Below the pieces are notes generated by a model that was given only the letters and a program-made list of their open reading frames with translations, was not told the DNA's origin and did not search any database. From Cyanidioschyzon merolae (lineage: Eukaryota): DNA of 64,000 nt. Position numbers and translations under genes: made by a program. Below are positions 33,862 to 44,504 of the stretch, one piece after another. The stretch lies in the NCBI GenBank assembly GCA_000091205.1, contig AP006488.2. One strand, given 5' to 3'. How positions within the stretch are numbered: the stretch's first letter is position 1; every line of letters starts with the position of its first letter.

Positions 33862-34746
33862 GTGTTCAGAGGGCACCACCGCTTGGCAGTGGACACCGTA
33901 CCTGTGAAACACCAAAGTTTCTAGAGCACGCTGTATTCAATGTTTTTGCGCACGCGATGCTCCTTGTTCGCGACTGCCGTTGCCGCTCGCCGTGTACGCA
34001 TGCACGGCTGCCGCCCCACTGCTCCATGATGCAGACGAGTTTCTATCGCCAGCGCAAAACACCTTCATGTCTATCACGATCGAGCAACCACGTCTGACCT
34101 CCTTTCTTTGCAGAAACAACGTGCTCGCCTCTGCATAGCTGCAGCTGACGTTCAAGATATTCCAGTGCCTGGCAACCTACCGAGCGACGCGCTTCACCAG
34201 GCCAGTCTCCAAACAGCACAGCAAGAACGGATCATTTCATGAATAGGAGCTGGTGCGTTTCCAGGCACCGACGACGTCAGGCGTAGCTACCCATCAACTG
34301 CGATCGCTGCTGTTTTGATGAGCGCTTGCTGATGGTGATCCTCCGAGACCCACATCAACGTCAACTGGAGCACGCCCTGGCAATGCGATCGCCAGCAGCA
34401 ATGTGCCTGAGCAAAGCGCCAGCGGGCAACGGGTTTACCGCGAATTGCAGGCGCTGCGGCATCACCGCCTTGTTCAGCGTGACACGTAACAGCGGCATAC
34501 ACGCATGCACGCACGCATACACGCATCCACGCACGCATCCACAACCGGCGTACGAGCGCTTTGAACCCGCTCTGCTTTGCCTACAGCGTGCTGGTGTACT
34601 AGACGTGTGGTTTGTTCGCTTCTTCGCGTCATCTGGTTGCTTTCTAGGGCATCAGGAGGGGCAGCGACCGCCGAGACGATACAAAAAAGTTTACTGCACG
34701 CAGAAGGACCCTAAGCGCGGTCCTAGTGTACACTGCTCGTGGAGGC

Positions 34747-34778
34747 AGTGGTGGTGGTGGTGGTGGTGGTGGTGGTGG
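34747..34778. repeat. (TGG)11 microsatellite. It would encode W11 if the upstream ORF were translated.
   Basis: gtggtggtggtggtggtggtggtggtggtggt read directly; about 130 bp upstream of the SWEET ATG. Confidence 0.9.
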
Positions 34779-34904
34779 TATCGGTGTTCGCGGTGGTGTC
34801 GGACTTTACCCTTGCTGGGTGCAGTCAAGCCGCGGGGCTTGTCATCATCCGTTTGTCGATCGTGCGCGTCGGTCTGCGTACCAACTGGTGTTTGTGTGTT
34901 GCGA

Positions 34905-36437
34905 ATGTTTGCGACACAGGGCACAGCTCGGATAATTTTAGACTATGTCGTACCGTCTATAGGGATCGTTTTGTCCTTTCTTCTGTTTTTGGCACCCTTT
35001 CCGCGTGTGCTCGCAGTGCGACGTCGCCTTACTGCGGTAGCGAATAGTGTGCGCGTCAGCGCTGAACGCGCTCGCTGCGATGCTCCGTTGCCAACGCAGC
35101 CAGCTGCTACGCCCATGTTCTCTGAAACGATTCTCGAGTACAATGTCCATAGCAATGTGGCTACGGGACATCATAGTGGAGCGGACTCGAGTGATCTGGC
35201 CTCCGTGCCGAGCACCGGGGATAGCACGGAACTCGCCCCCGTCGAGCTGGTTCTTCAGGTGACCCCAAACGAGCTGAATGGCCGCATAGCGGGGATTCCA
35301 ATGAACGAGGTGCCTACTCCTTTGAGTTCAAAATTTGGCCCAACAATGGACGAACCATCTGTCGATGAAAATATCCTGGGTCCGGTGAATCCGCTGCCGT
35401 ACCCGCTCATGTTAGGCAACGCCATTGGCTGGATTTCCTATGCATTTGTGCAGAGCGATTATTTCGTGTTTTGGGCAAATGCGCCCGGAATGATGCTTTG
35501 CATATTTTACGTTGTGGTTGCGTATGCTGCATTACGCCTCGATGAGTGGCGCAAGCGTCAAATCACGTCCGGCGAGCGGCAGCGACCGGAAGCGGTGCGG
35601 GCGCTTCCGCTGGCACCCGCTTCTAGTGGGCACTGGTGGACCCACATCCGCAACGCCTCAGGTCTTTTAAATCGTCGCAACGCAACGGGTGCCGTTTCTG
35701 GAACCCAGTCCGAGAGCAACACGGGTTTGCCACCCCGGATAGAGGATCCTTTGCGTCCAACTGACTTACCGATCGGGAACGGGGCACTGACAAGTTCTCT
35801 GGTGCGCTCCGACACCACGGAGTCTTTGGTTCCCAAGCCGTTGCCTGCTGAGTTGCAGCGGCATCCGTGGGTTGCGGGACTCTCCATGCGTCGGATGTTT
35901 GAAGGCCTGCTCTTCATTATCGCCCTGGTCCTGACCGTATCCGCATTCTTTGTATTCATCCCGTTGGCGAGCAATGGTGTTTGGCGCAACCAAAGCGCCC
36001 GAGTCTTGATCTCAGGGCTCGTCGCGAATATTATTCTCGGATTCATGTACAGTTCACCCCTGTTTCTTATTCGTACTGTTTTCCGCACTCGCGATGCTTC
36101 CATGATCGACCGTAACCTGGCAATCATGTCGCTTGTGAACGGAACACTGTGGACGGCCTACGGCTTCGCAAAGCAGGAACCCTTCATTTATGTCCTGAAT
36201 ATTTTTGGCGCATCGCTTGGAGCCATTCAACTTGCACTCATTGGAATTTTTGGTGGAAGACGCTCTCACCGCAATCCGGCTGTCGTGCAATCCGGGGTCG
36301 AGCCGGCCTTCACGACAGCGCCTGCACAACTGGTCAATGTGGCTCGGAATGAGCCCGACACGACGATGCCATCGACGACGCTGGTTCTCGCTGAGCGCCC
36401 CCTGCACCTTCCTGTTGCAACTGTTGTGGTATCGTGA
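34905..36437 (+). CDS. SWEET/MtN3-family sugar transporter with unusually long inserted loops (about 510 aa). The track ORF start at 34326 gives an implausible low-complexity N-terminus; the ATG at 34905 is preferred.
   Basis: First MtN3 half: GIVLSFLLFLAPFPRV ... PLPYPLMLGNAIGWISYAFVQSDYFVFWANAPGMMLCIFYVVV. Second half: ASNGVWRNQSARVLISGLVANIILGFMYSSPLFLIRTVFRTRDASMIDRNLAIMSLVNGTLWTAYGF ... NIFGASLGAIQLALIGIF. A roughly 130-aa insert lies between TM1 and TM2, and a roughly 190-aa linker separates the halves. Confidence 0.65.
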   Translation: MFATQGTARIILDYVVPSIGIVLSFLLFLAPFPRVLAVRRRLTAVANSVRVSAERARCDAPLPTQPAATPMFSETILEYNVHSNVATGHHSGADSSDLASVPSTGDSTELAPVELVLQVTPNELNGRIAGIPMNEVPTPLSSKFGPTMDEPSVDENILGPVNPLPYPLMLGNAIGWISYAFVQSDYFVFWANAPGMMLCIFYVVVAYAALRLDEWRKRQITSGERQRPEAVRALPLAPASSGHWWTHIRNASGLLNRRNATGAVSGTQSESNTGLPPRIEDPLRPTDLPIGNGALTSSLVRSDTTESLVPKPLPAELQRHPWVAGLSMRRMFEGLLFIIALVLTVSAFFVFIPLASNGVWRNQSARVLISGLVANIILGFMYSSPLFLIRTVFRTRDASMIDRNLAIMSLVNGTLWTAYGFAKQEPFIYVLNIFGASLGAIQLALIGIFGGRRSHRNPAVVQSGVEPAFTTAPAQLVNVARNEPDTTMPSTTLVLAERPLHLPVATVVVS

Positions 36438-36606
36438 GTAGTGGCAGCGGCTATTCCCGCGTGCCTGGTCGTAATAGAGTTTGTCCGAGTAACAGCAAAG
36501 CGATGCAAAGAGGTGCGCGCATCTTTGCACGCGCGATACAATGTTCATCACGTGTACAAGACCCTTCTTCCATCCCCACAAGCAGAATAGGACACAACTG
36601 TGTCCG

Positions 36607-36628
36607 TCTGTGTGTGTGTGTGTGTGTG
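36607..36628. repeat. (TG)n microsatellite
   Basis: tgtgtgtgtgtgtgtgtgtgtg read directly. Confidence 0.9.
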
Positions 36629-39600
36629 CATCTAACCTTTCGATTCGAAGATCATTCGGGTAATGCTGCGGCGGCGAACTCCCGGCATCATACCATTTTG
36701 TTAGGGATGCGACTGCTTGGTGCATACACTACTCTGTTTGAAAACGGAAAACAAGCTGTTGCCGAGTAAGGTCGCTGACGGACCATGACAAGGACGCCTT
36801 TGCATATCTGGGTATTTGTGACCCGTAAATTCTATGATTCGCCCTCTGTATATTCCGGAAAACTGAACAGTTGAACGCTCTCCTGGTTCACCATTTGTGC
36901 TGGAAAAATGCTCCCGGTTCATTCAAGCGACGTTATAAACTTTCCGGCCAGCTGACCGGCACCATAGCAATGCCGAGCTTCGTGCGAGACTCCAGTCTCC
37001 TGGCGACTTTTGTTTCCTACGGAAATGCCGAGGATTTCCGCACAAAACCCACTCGGAATACGAAACGTTGCCGCGGAGGTTTCGCTCCCTGCAAAGCCGC
37101 TGGGCGCTCTATGGGCACGAGACATTGCCGGATGTTGATCGAGGAGTAAAGGTGTCAGAGCGGAAACTGCTTGCAAGCATTTAACCTGGTGGAATCATTC
37201 TGTGGCAAACCCCTCACCTTGGATTGCCTCGGAATTTGATGTATCGCTCGGTTTACTGGACCGCTGTCTTGGTTCAGGATCCCCATGTTTATTCTTCTAC
37301 CCACGCGCTTCTTTGTTTTATCCAGGTTCCTCTTACTTGCCCAGCGATTCAAACCTCTGACGTCCCCAGAGCGAATCATATGCGGAGACGAAGTACGAGC
37401 GGCGAGGATGAAAACACGGAGCAGATAACGAGTTTGTGGATTGTGCTCAAGGAGAATGATGACATGACGTGCCGCTGTGTGTCACTTGCGCATCTGAGAA
37501 GTTCTCCACTTTTCCAGTGTCCTCGACACACTGGAAGGACACTAACCTGAGAGTGAGCAGAGCACATTGCCGCGGCCGAGTGCGATGCCATGCATAATCC
37601 TCTACGAGCGCTCTGTGTTCCGGCAACAGCAATGACACTCCGGGGTACTCCTTAACGACCCTAGTGCCTGAGTTTAGCGATGCGCGCAGCTTCTCGTCTG
37701 AGAAGACACCCAAGCGATGAGCTCCGTCCAGCAATGCTTTTCGTCCGAGAGTAGTAACGTTCTCTGGGAACGCTATACATCCTGCGTGCGGAACGCTCCA
37801 GGATATCTGTGAAGCTCTCACACCGCTGCTTCTTCGGCGTAATTGGTATGCACGGACACTGCATTTCCGTTGTGAACCATGTAATTCATATTTATTCTTC
37901 ATACATTTTTGACCTCTCTTCTCTATCGCTCTTCGGAAAATGCGATCTGCAAACCTGACCAAGTGTTGCAAACAAAGCGTTGAGCCCTGCAGCCCCGGTC
38001 GTTGAGCCCAAAGCATCGAGCACCAATCCACGTCGGGGACGGTACGCGTTATCGAATATGTATTTGCTGAACTGAGCCCTTGCTTCACGGCCTCGATGAC
38101 CCTATCAATAGGGTCTTAACCACAGAGAGCAATTTGTGGTGTCTAAGATAACCCATCCTCCGATCTCTGCTGTTTTCCAAAAAAGAGGATATGTGGAACA
38201 CGATGTTGTCCACCGTGCGACAAGCACCGAAACCAAATCCAGACTGGAGAACACGTTGGACCATTTCGATTGGTCTGCATTCCCATCGTGCAAAGCGATG
38301 ACACAATCTCCTCTGGGAAGCGATCGCTGCAACGACTGTAGTCTGAATCCATTGCCCATTTCCATGCAAGAACAAGAGCCGGGCGTCTCTGAAAGCATAT
38401 CCACTTATTGATATCGAGCTGCAGTCGAATGGCGTTCCGTCGATGTCTACAAAGAGAAAAGAAGTCGGCTTTCGAACAGATTGAATTTTCTGACGTTCCA
38501 AGTTTCAGAAGCTTTCTGCATGAGCCTGTGAACATGTCGTCCATTCTCGACGCCAATGGTTTTTCTTCGTTATTCCAGCAGCATGCATTGCTGCGCCCAG
38601 CGGATGTCTTAAGACACACCGATCAGAGACCTGAGGCATGCGTTATCTGAGCATGCTATACGGACGGAGCAGAGAAGCGTTGAGTCTCGTTCCAAAAACT
38701 TGGATAATGAAATCAAGTATTTTGCGAATCCTGAGTTCGAGGGCGTTGCGAATCATTCTGATACCGTTGACAAGACGCATTCCAGCGAGCGGCGTCGAAG
38801 GAGCCACTCCGAAACCCCGACCGAGAATACTCAAACTATTTATGCATTCGAAAGCCCGTATGGCTGCACTGCGAAGGCTGCAAGCGTAACTCTAAAAAAG
38901 CGCGAGCGACATATCGGAATGCACGATCAGAAGAACCAGTTTTGTTTTCCACGTTCATCTGATCGCTGTAGCATGGTGCAGACGGGTGCAGGCCTAGCGC
39001 ACCATCGACGGGATATCCTTGACGCTATGCTATGGGTGCCACTCGGGTACAACGCCTACGTTTCAAGCGAATCATTAAGAATCGCTCTTATTGGAAGCGC
39101 GTCCCCCATAAACGCATCGCTCGGCGCTGAATCGCAGATGAGCAGTCTGCGTACTAGCGAACGCAGGCTTTCTCGTGAAACTCATTGGTCAGCACTCACC
39201 TGCGGTTCAAAAAAGAACGGCGCAGCGCCGACACCGCAATCAAGTGCGCTTGACTCGTGCAGGAATAAACCACTTGGACCCTGCTATCGGTTGTATAAAG
39301 CGTGAAAGCTCGTATAGACGTCTTGCTCCCCGGCGTTGTTCAGAACAGCACGCTGCGCTGCTGGGCGCTTCCCTGGAACACGTGTCGACGCAGCCGAGGA
39401 GCGCCATCCTTGCTCTACGAAACATATTGACCAGCAGCGAAAATTGCGTGCCATGGCATACACTTGAAACTGCATTTCGCTCTATCGAAACTGCAGACAA
39501 ACCCTAGATAAGCCCGCTACCTATGCCTCGAGTCCAGCCTCTGAGCCAACGCCAAGGCCAACCACTGGGGTTATCCGTAAAGCGCCGCCCCGCCCCGCGC

Positions 39601-39741
39601 TGCACCGCACCCGCTTCAACGTTCGAACGTTCGACTGTTGCCGCTGTAGAGTTGCACTTGTTAGGGACACACTTGAGCACTTGCCTACGGTCGGAACGAA
39701 TTTGCAACGGCTGTCAGAGGCCGACACACGCTGTGAAAGGC

Positions 39742-41943
39742 ATGCCAGGGGCGTCTGGTCCCAAACGGGATGCAGCGGATCGCGTGCAAGACGGCGACTT
39801 TGTTATTCTGCAGTACGGAGAAGGTCGCTATGAGAAACATCGCAAGATCCTGCAAGTTCGGAAGACTACAGCGACTTTGCAAGACGTGCATGACGCTGCA
39901 GGCACTGCTGCTGCTGCGGACACACTGATCAGAGTTGGTACCAGGTACGTGCACCCAAGTGCACTGATCGGCGTTCCGTGGGGCGTGCGTCTCTCTTACC
40001 CGGATCCAGCTGAACAAGCGGTATCGCCTGCACCGCAGGCAACAGACAAACAGATGTTACTCGCTTTGCGAACTGATGCCGATGCCGTTGCAACAGATGG
40101 GCAGGACGTGGACGCGGAGGCACCTGAACAACGAAGCAACCCTAGCGCGACAGCGTGCGCTACGACCGAAAAGCCTCCAACGCTTACCCAGGTCGTTCCT
40201 GGTACCAGTCAGGAAAGTTTCACGTCCCAGTTTCGTGGCACCAATCATCAAACTCGAGCCACAGCGGAAACGGTTTCAGAACGCGTATCCGCTGCACAGT
40301 CCAAACGCTTGGAGCGAAAACATCAGCGGCACGGATTCTCCTTGCGCGTCATCCGTCCTAGTTTATGCACACTTACAGACACCCTTTACCAGAAAATGGA
40401 AGGCAAATCATTGTGGATGCATGCCGAAGCGCTTGGGTTTGTTCTTCTGCAGGCCGGCGTCTGGGCGGGTACCAAACGCGTGTTGATCCTCGAGGAGCTC
40501 GCAGAACGAACAGGTCTTGTAACCGCGGCGTGCACCCAACGGATGCGCTATCCTGGACGAGTTCCAAATCCTGCAGAGGGTATTCTGGTCATCACAGCTG
40601 CAGGAGTTGGCATGAAGACCAGTCATGGTGCTGCACTGCGGATACTTGGCTTACGTCGATCGAAACGAGCTGAGCACAGCGCATCCACTGATCCGTTACG
40701 AGGTGATGCGGAGAACGCATCGAGACAATCGTATTCAAATTCCACTTCAGAAGATCGCCTGGAAGCAGCTGGTCTACCGCTGATTCAGCATCTGCCCTTG
40801 GAATGGTTACAGAAGACGCCAGGGTCATTCGGAGGCCGTCCTCGTGGACATCTCCATGACGCCCGGGCGCCAACCGGGGGCACGGTACCGCCTATGGGTA
40901 CGGACGGTTCGATCGGGGCGGAAAATTCTGGCGATGTGGATGCCCAGCTCCTCGAAGTGAACGATCATCTGCAACATCATGCTGTCAAGAGATCGCCGGA
41001 AGGACCAGAGGAACGCGAGGAGCGTCCCGAATCATCTAAAACGATGGATGTACTGGAATCCTCTGTGCAGAGGTGGCTCGACAATGCCGATCGGGGAAAT
41101 GAGGCAATCATTATTGCCTTCAAAGAGCAGGTCCCTGGTGGAGCAGGCGATCTGGTTCAGCTCATGGCACTGCTTCTTCCATTACTATCGCCTGGTTATC
41201 CCTTTGTCATCTGGAGTCCATGGCTACAGCCTCTGGCGGAACTGCAAGCGTTTATGAGCATTTCAGATGATTCTCGCAGCGAGTCAGCGCCAGTTTCCAT
41301 CGATGCACCTGGGAATCTAGCCAGTTCAGCTCGAAAACTGGATACGAGCACGTGGCAAGGGGTCGGTATCGAAGCGATCGACGATGCGAAACTCGATCAG
41401 TGGAAGCGAAGCAGACGGCAGCCGTTTGTAAACCGACCGGAACGCGAGCGCATGGTGACGACACCGGACAGCATCGCGGTTGCAGAGATACCTCGGAAAC
41501 CTCCAGGGATTCCAGAGGGATCCACTCGCCCCGCACACGCTCCAGACGAATCGTCTGTGAACCGAGCAGTCATGTCAGCGGCAGAGCATCCTGCAGATAC
41601 GGAGTCGCTTATTCCGGCGGCAGAGCGAATAGCGCAGCGTGAATCCCCTTCAACACAGTCTCTATCGATGGACGCTGTGGCAGATTCGCGTCAGGCTCAT
41701 GTCAAGGATCCAAATCCGGTGCCTGTGGGTCACGTTGGGCAGGTTTTCCAAGACGATCACGCGGGTACGACCGATGACGCAACTGGAGACGTGGACCTGC
41801 GTGTGTTACAGCAGGTCGCGCACGTTCGTTTGACGGAAATCACGACGTTTGGGCACCAGTTTGCAGCCGAAAGAACGCACCCCTGGATGTCGCAGACACC
41901 ACCCAGCGGATTCGTGCTGTCCGGGTTCCGAATCCAGCCATGA
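39742..41943 (+). CDS. TRM6: tRNA (m1A58) methyltransferase non-catalytic subunit TRM6/GCD10-like, with long low-complexity insertions. The track start at 39523 is ATG too, but the upstream 73 aa look non-coding; ATG 39742 is preferred.
   Basis: The N-terminal DGDFVILQYGEGRYEKHRKILQVRK ... IGVPWGVRLSY resembles the TRM6 N-terminus. The central KRVLILEELAERTGLVTAA ... GILVITAAG and the C-terminal LLPLLSPGYPFVIWSPWLQPLAELQAFM match TRM6 blocks. Recalled by eye. Confidence 0.5.
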   Translation: MPGASGPKRDAADRVQDGDFVILQYGEGRYEKHRKILQVRKTTATLQDVHDAAGTAAAADTLIRVGTRYVHPSALIGVPWGVRLSYPDPAEQAVSPAPQATDKQMLLALRTDADAVATDGQDVDAEAPEQRSNPSATACATTEKPPTLTQVVPGTSQESFTSQFRGTNHQTRATAETVSERVSAAQSKRLERKHQRHGFSLRVIRPSLCTLTDTLYQKMEGKSLWMHAEALGFVLLQAGVWAGTKRVLILEELAERTGLVTAACTQRMRYPGRVPNPAEGILVITAAGVGMKTSHGAALRILGLRRSKRAEHSASTDPLRGDAENASRQSYSNSTSEDRLEAAGLPLIQHLPLEWLQKTPGSFGGRPRGHLHDARAPTGGTVPPMGTDGSIGAENSGDVDAQLLEVNDHLQHHAVKRSPEGPEEREERPESSKTMDVLESSVQRWLDNADRGNEAIIIAFKEQVPGGAGDLVQLMALLLPLLSPGYPFVIWSPWLQPLAELQAFMSISDDSRSESAPVSIDAPGNLASSARKLDTSTWQGVGIEAIDDAKLDQWKRSRRQPFVNRPERERMVTTPDSIAVAEIPRKPPGIPEGSTRPAHAPDESSVNRAVMSAAEHPADTESLIPAAERIAQRESPSTQSLSMDAVADSRQAHVKDPNPVPVGHVGQVFQDDHAGTTDDATGDVDLRVLQQVAHVRLTEITTFGHQFAAERTHPWMSQTPPSGFVLSGFRIQP

Positions 41944-43118
41944 TACAGCCAGACTAGTAGATTCCTCTGTCTAGTGCTACTGCTGCCGCTGCTGCTGAAG
42001 AGATCCACAGATGCAGCGTGTCTCGTATGGGGGTTTGGCGTTTCACGCCACCCATCGCTAGTCACACACAGCTGAAGCGAAGATCATCAGCAGTCCATGC
42101 AATTCCAAGGCAAACGGCAGGCCAAAGATGGAAACCTTCTTGTCCGGGAAGCGACATCTTCGTAACGTATCCTCCCTGCCGTTGAGTGGTGGCACCTGAG
42201 GTTGGACGCGTCACGACGTCGTCGTCTGTTGCTGCGGCCGCCGCCACCAAACATGAAAGCGTAGACGAAAGTAGGTACGTTTGCCTGCGCGAGACCCGAT
42301 TCTCGTCATGAATGGGTATCAAGGCCCTGGCCAGATTACGACCCGGCAAAGGCGGAGCACCTTGGATTGCACCATTTGGTTTGTAGCGCTTCGTACAGGC
42401 TGCGTTACCCGGACGCTGGACATGGCGCGGCTTGCGTTTTACGCGAACCTTTCATCCGCAGCGCAGCAGTCGTGTCCATAGGTACCATTCCCTCGTATCC
42501 TTGCTGTTCATGCCTCGAATACACATGTTCCAGTAGCTCTATGCCCCCAAAGGACGATATCTATTGTTCGCGTACCTGCTTTGAATCGCCTTTGTGCTCT
42601 TCGTGATTGCGCCGCTATGCAGCACCAGCAGAAACTCGTCTTGCAGTAGCCTCCGCGGTGCTTTTCACTGGTACCTAGGAACTCGCGCAGCATCGTTCCC
42701 AGCGTGAATTATCACACCGCAGTACCGTACGAGCGGTCTGGACGCGTCGCCAGCAATCGTTTTTTTGCATCCCTACTGACGCTAGCTCTACGACCCGCCA
42801 CCGTTTCGCTCCCGGATGACAGTTTCTGGTGTCAGGCTGCAAAACGGCATTTGGGGCACGTTCCTGTGCGTCGCCGCCGTGCAGTGATCGAGACAAGTTT
42901 CCCTCCTGCCGCAACCCAAGCGCATTGCTCTAATGCATTCGCTGAGCTTTCCCGCCGCCCTCATGCTCTTCTGCCTGACTAAAAGATAGCCACGACTGCC
43001 AACAAATCCAATGCGAGCGCTACGTACCTGCAGGCCGATGCATGCCCTATGAGAATGTGTCTGCAGCTCTTCCAGATTGCTGGACGGACACTCTCGAGAC
43101 CTCCAGCACTTTCGAGTG

Positions 43119-44021
43119 CTAGCGCCGGGCAGCCATTTGCATCCGGAACGCAAGCACCTGTTGCCGTTGATCCGGAGGCAGCGCTTGAATCTGCGCTGGG
43201 GTCAGCGACATTAACTGTTGAATCAGAGCCTCTTCAGTCGCAGCGCCTTGACCCGGAACGATGCCTCCAGGCAGCGGTGCAGCAGCGCCGGCTGCAGCAC
43301 CAGACTGCACCCTCTGCATCGCCGCCAGGCTCGCATTCGTAGTCACCGATGCCGTCATACTCTGCAGATATTGCTGTGCCTGTTGAGCGCTGAGCAGGCC
43401 CAGTAAAACCTGGGCTTGGAGAATCGCATGCGCTATCGGTGGATGCGCAGCCAACATCGCGCGTACTTCATTGGGATTCTGCTGGGCGATCGTCTTCAGT
43501 TCAGCGAGCACATCGAAGATCTGCTGGAGACTGAGACCCTGCAGAGATGGCTGTCCGCTTGGGAGCAAAAACGGTTGAACTACCTGTGCAGCCGTCACTG
43601 TCGGTCCAGTCGGCTGTGACGGTGCGGTAGCGTCCGCAAGAGCGTCGTAAGCGCCCCAGGATGCTGCTGAAGCTCCAGGACCCAGCCCAGGGCCCGATCG
43701 TCCGCCCTCGGGCGCTGCTCCTGCCCCCGGTGCAGTGGACCCGCCAGCACTTGCCTGATTCCGAGTCTGCGAACTCGGGGCGATCCGCAGCATTCGTCCT
43801 CCGAACTCTATGCGCTCATTGAGGTTCCGTACAGCACTCTCAGCTGTCTCAGGGTCGCGGTACTCACAGAAACCGTAGCCCTTCGGTTTGCCGGTCTCTT
43901 TGTCGTAAAGGATGCGTAGACTCACCACCGGACCTACTTGCTGCAAGCGTTCTAGCAGCATATCCTCCGTGACTCCATAGGGTATGTTTCCGATAAACAC
44001 AGTGCAGGAACCGCGACTCAT
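43119..44021 (-). CDS. CSTF2: Cleavage stimulation factor 64 kDa subunit (CstF-64 / Rna15-like): RRM, hinge domain and C-terminal domain. The track start at 44303 is TTG; the ATG is at 44021.
   Basis: RRM: CTVFIGNIPYGVTEDMLLERLQQVGPVVSLRILYDKETGKPKGYGFCEYRDPETAESAVRNLNERIEFGGRMLRI. Hinge: LQQIFDVLAELKTIAQQNPNEVRAMLAAHPPIAHAILQAQVLLGLL. C-terminal pentapeptide-like region and conserved CTD: LPPDQRQQVLAFRMQMAARR. Confidence 0.8.
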   Translation of the reverse strand: MSRGSCTVFIGNIPYGVTEDMLLERLQQVGPVVSLRILYDKETGKPKGYGFCEYRDPETAESAVRNLNERIEFGGRMLRIAPSSQTRNQASAGGSTAPGAGAAPEGGRSGPGLGPGASAASWGAYDALADATAPSQPTGPTVTAAQVVQPFLLPSGQPSLQGLSLQQIFDVLAELKTIAQQNPNEVRAMLAAHPPIAHAILQAQVLLGLLSAQQAQQYLQSMTASVTTNASLAAMQRVQSGAAAGAAAPLPGGIVPGQGAATEEALIQQLMSLTPAQIQALPPDQRQQVLAFRMQMAARR

Positions 44022-44240
44022 TGCGGTTCCGAAGCCAGCGTAACCCGAAGAGGACTGCCAGTGTTCCCAGAACCTCCCTGAACTATTCCGCCTCGACTTT
44101 GCAAGGCAGAGAGCCGCAAGAACGCCACCTTGTTGACCTGGTGTGCGTACACTGTTCGTTCGACTTGGAGGCGGATCAGTGTCAAAATAAGAACACCAGA
44201 TGTGAGCGTGCAATTGTGGCGAGCTAGTCGATGCCACAAC

Positions 44241-44275
44241 GGCAGGCAGGCAGGCAGGCAGCCAGGCAGCAGGAT
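44241..44275. repeat. (CAGG)n microsatellite in the CSTF2 5' region
   Basis: ggcaggcaggcaggcaggcagccaggcagcagg read directly. Confidence 0.85.
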
Positions 44276-44504
44276 AGGAAAACGTCAGTCGTTTCCGCGA
44301 CAATTGCGAATGCTGTACGAGCCTGCGAGCGCTTCCTGCTTAGCGGTGTCAGCAGGGCGAAGGCCCGTTGACGGAAATTCTTCTCGACTGTTTAGCAGAA
44401 GACCGAGACGCTGGTCTAAAAGCACAGTATGTTTGTGTGCTCCGTTCAAGAAACACGAGGAAGCGGCAGAGAACTTTTCACCAGCTTCGTTGCTGGCGTC
44501 AGTT

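Noticed and set aside
34326-34904. N-terminal extension of the SWEET ORF including an 11-residue poly-Trp tract
   Set aside because: Upstream frame is microsatellite-derived low complexity ((ACGC)n and (TGG)11) with no protein-like features. ATG 34905 immediately precedes the first conserved TM helix. Treated as 5' UTR.
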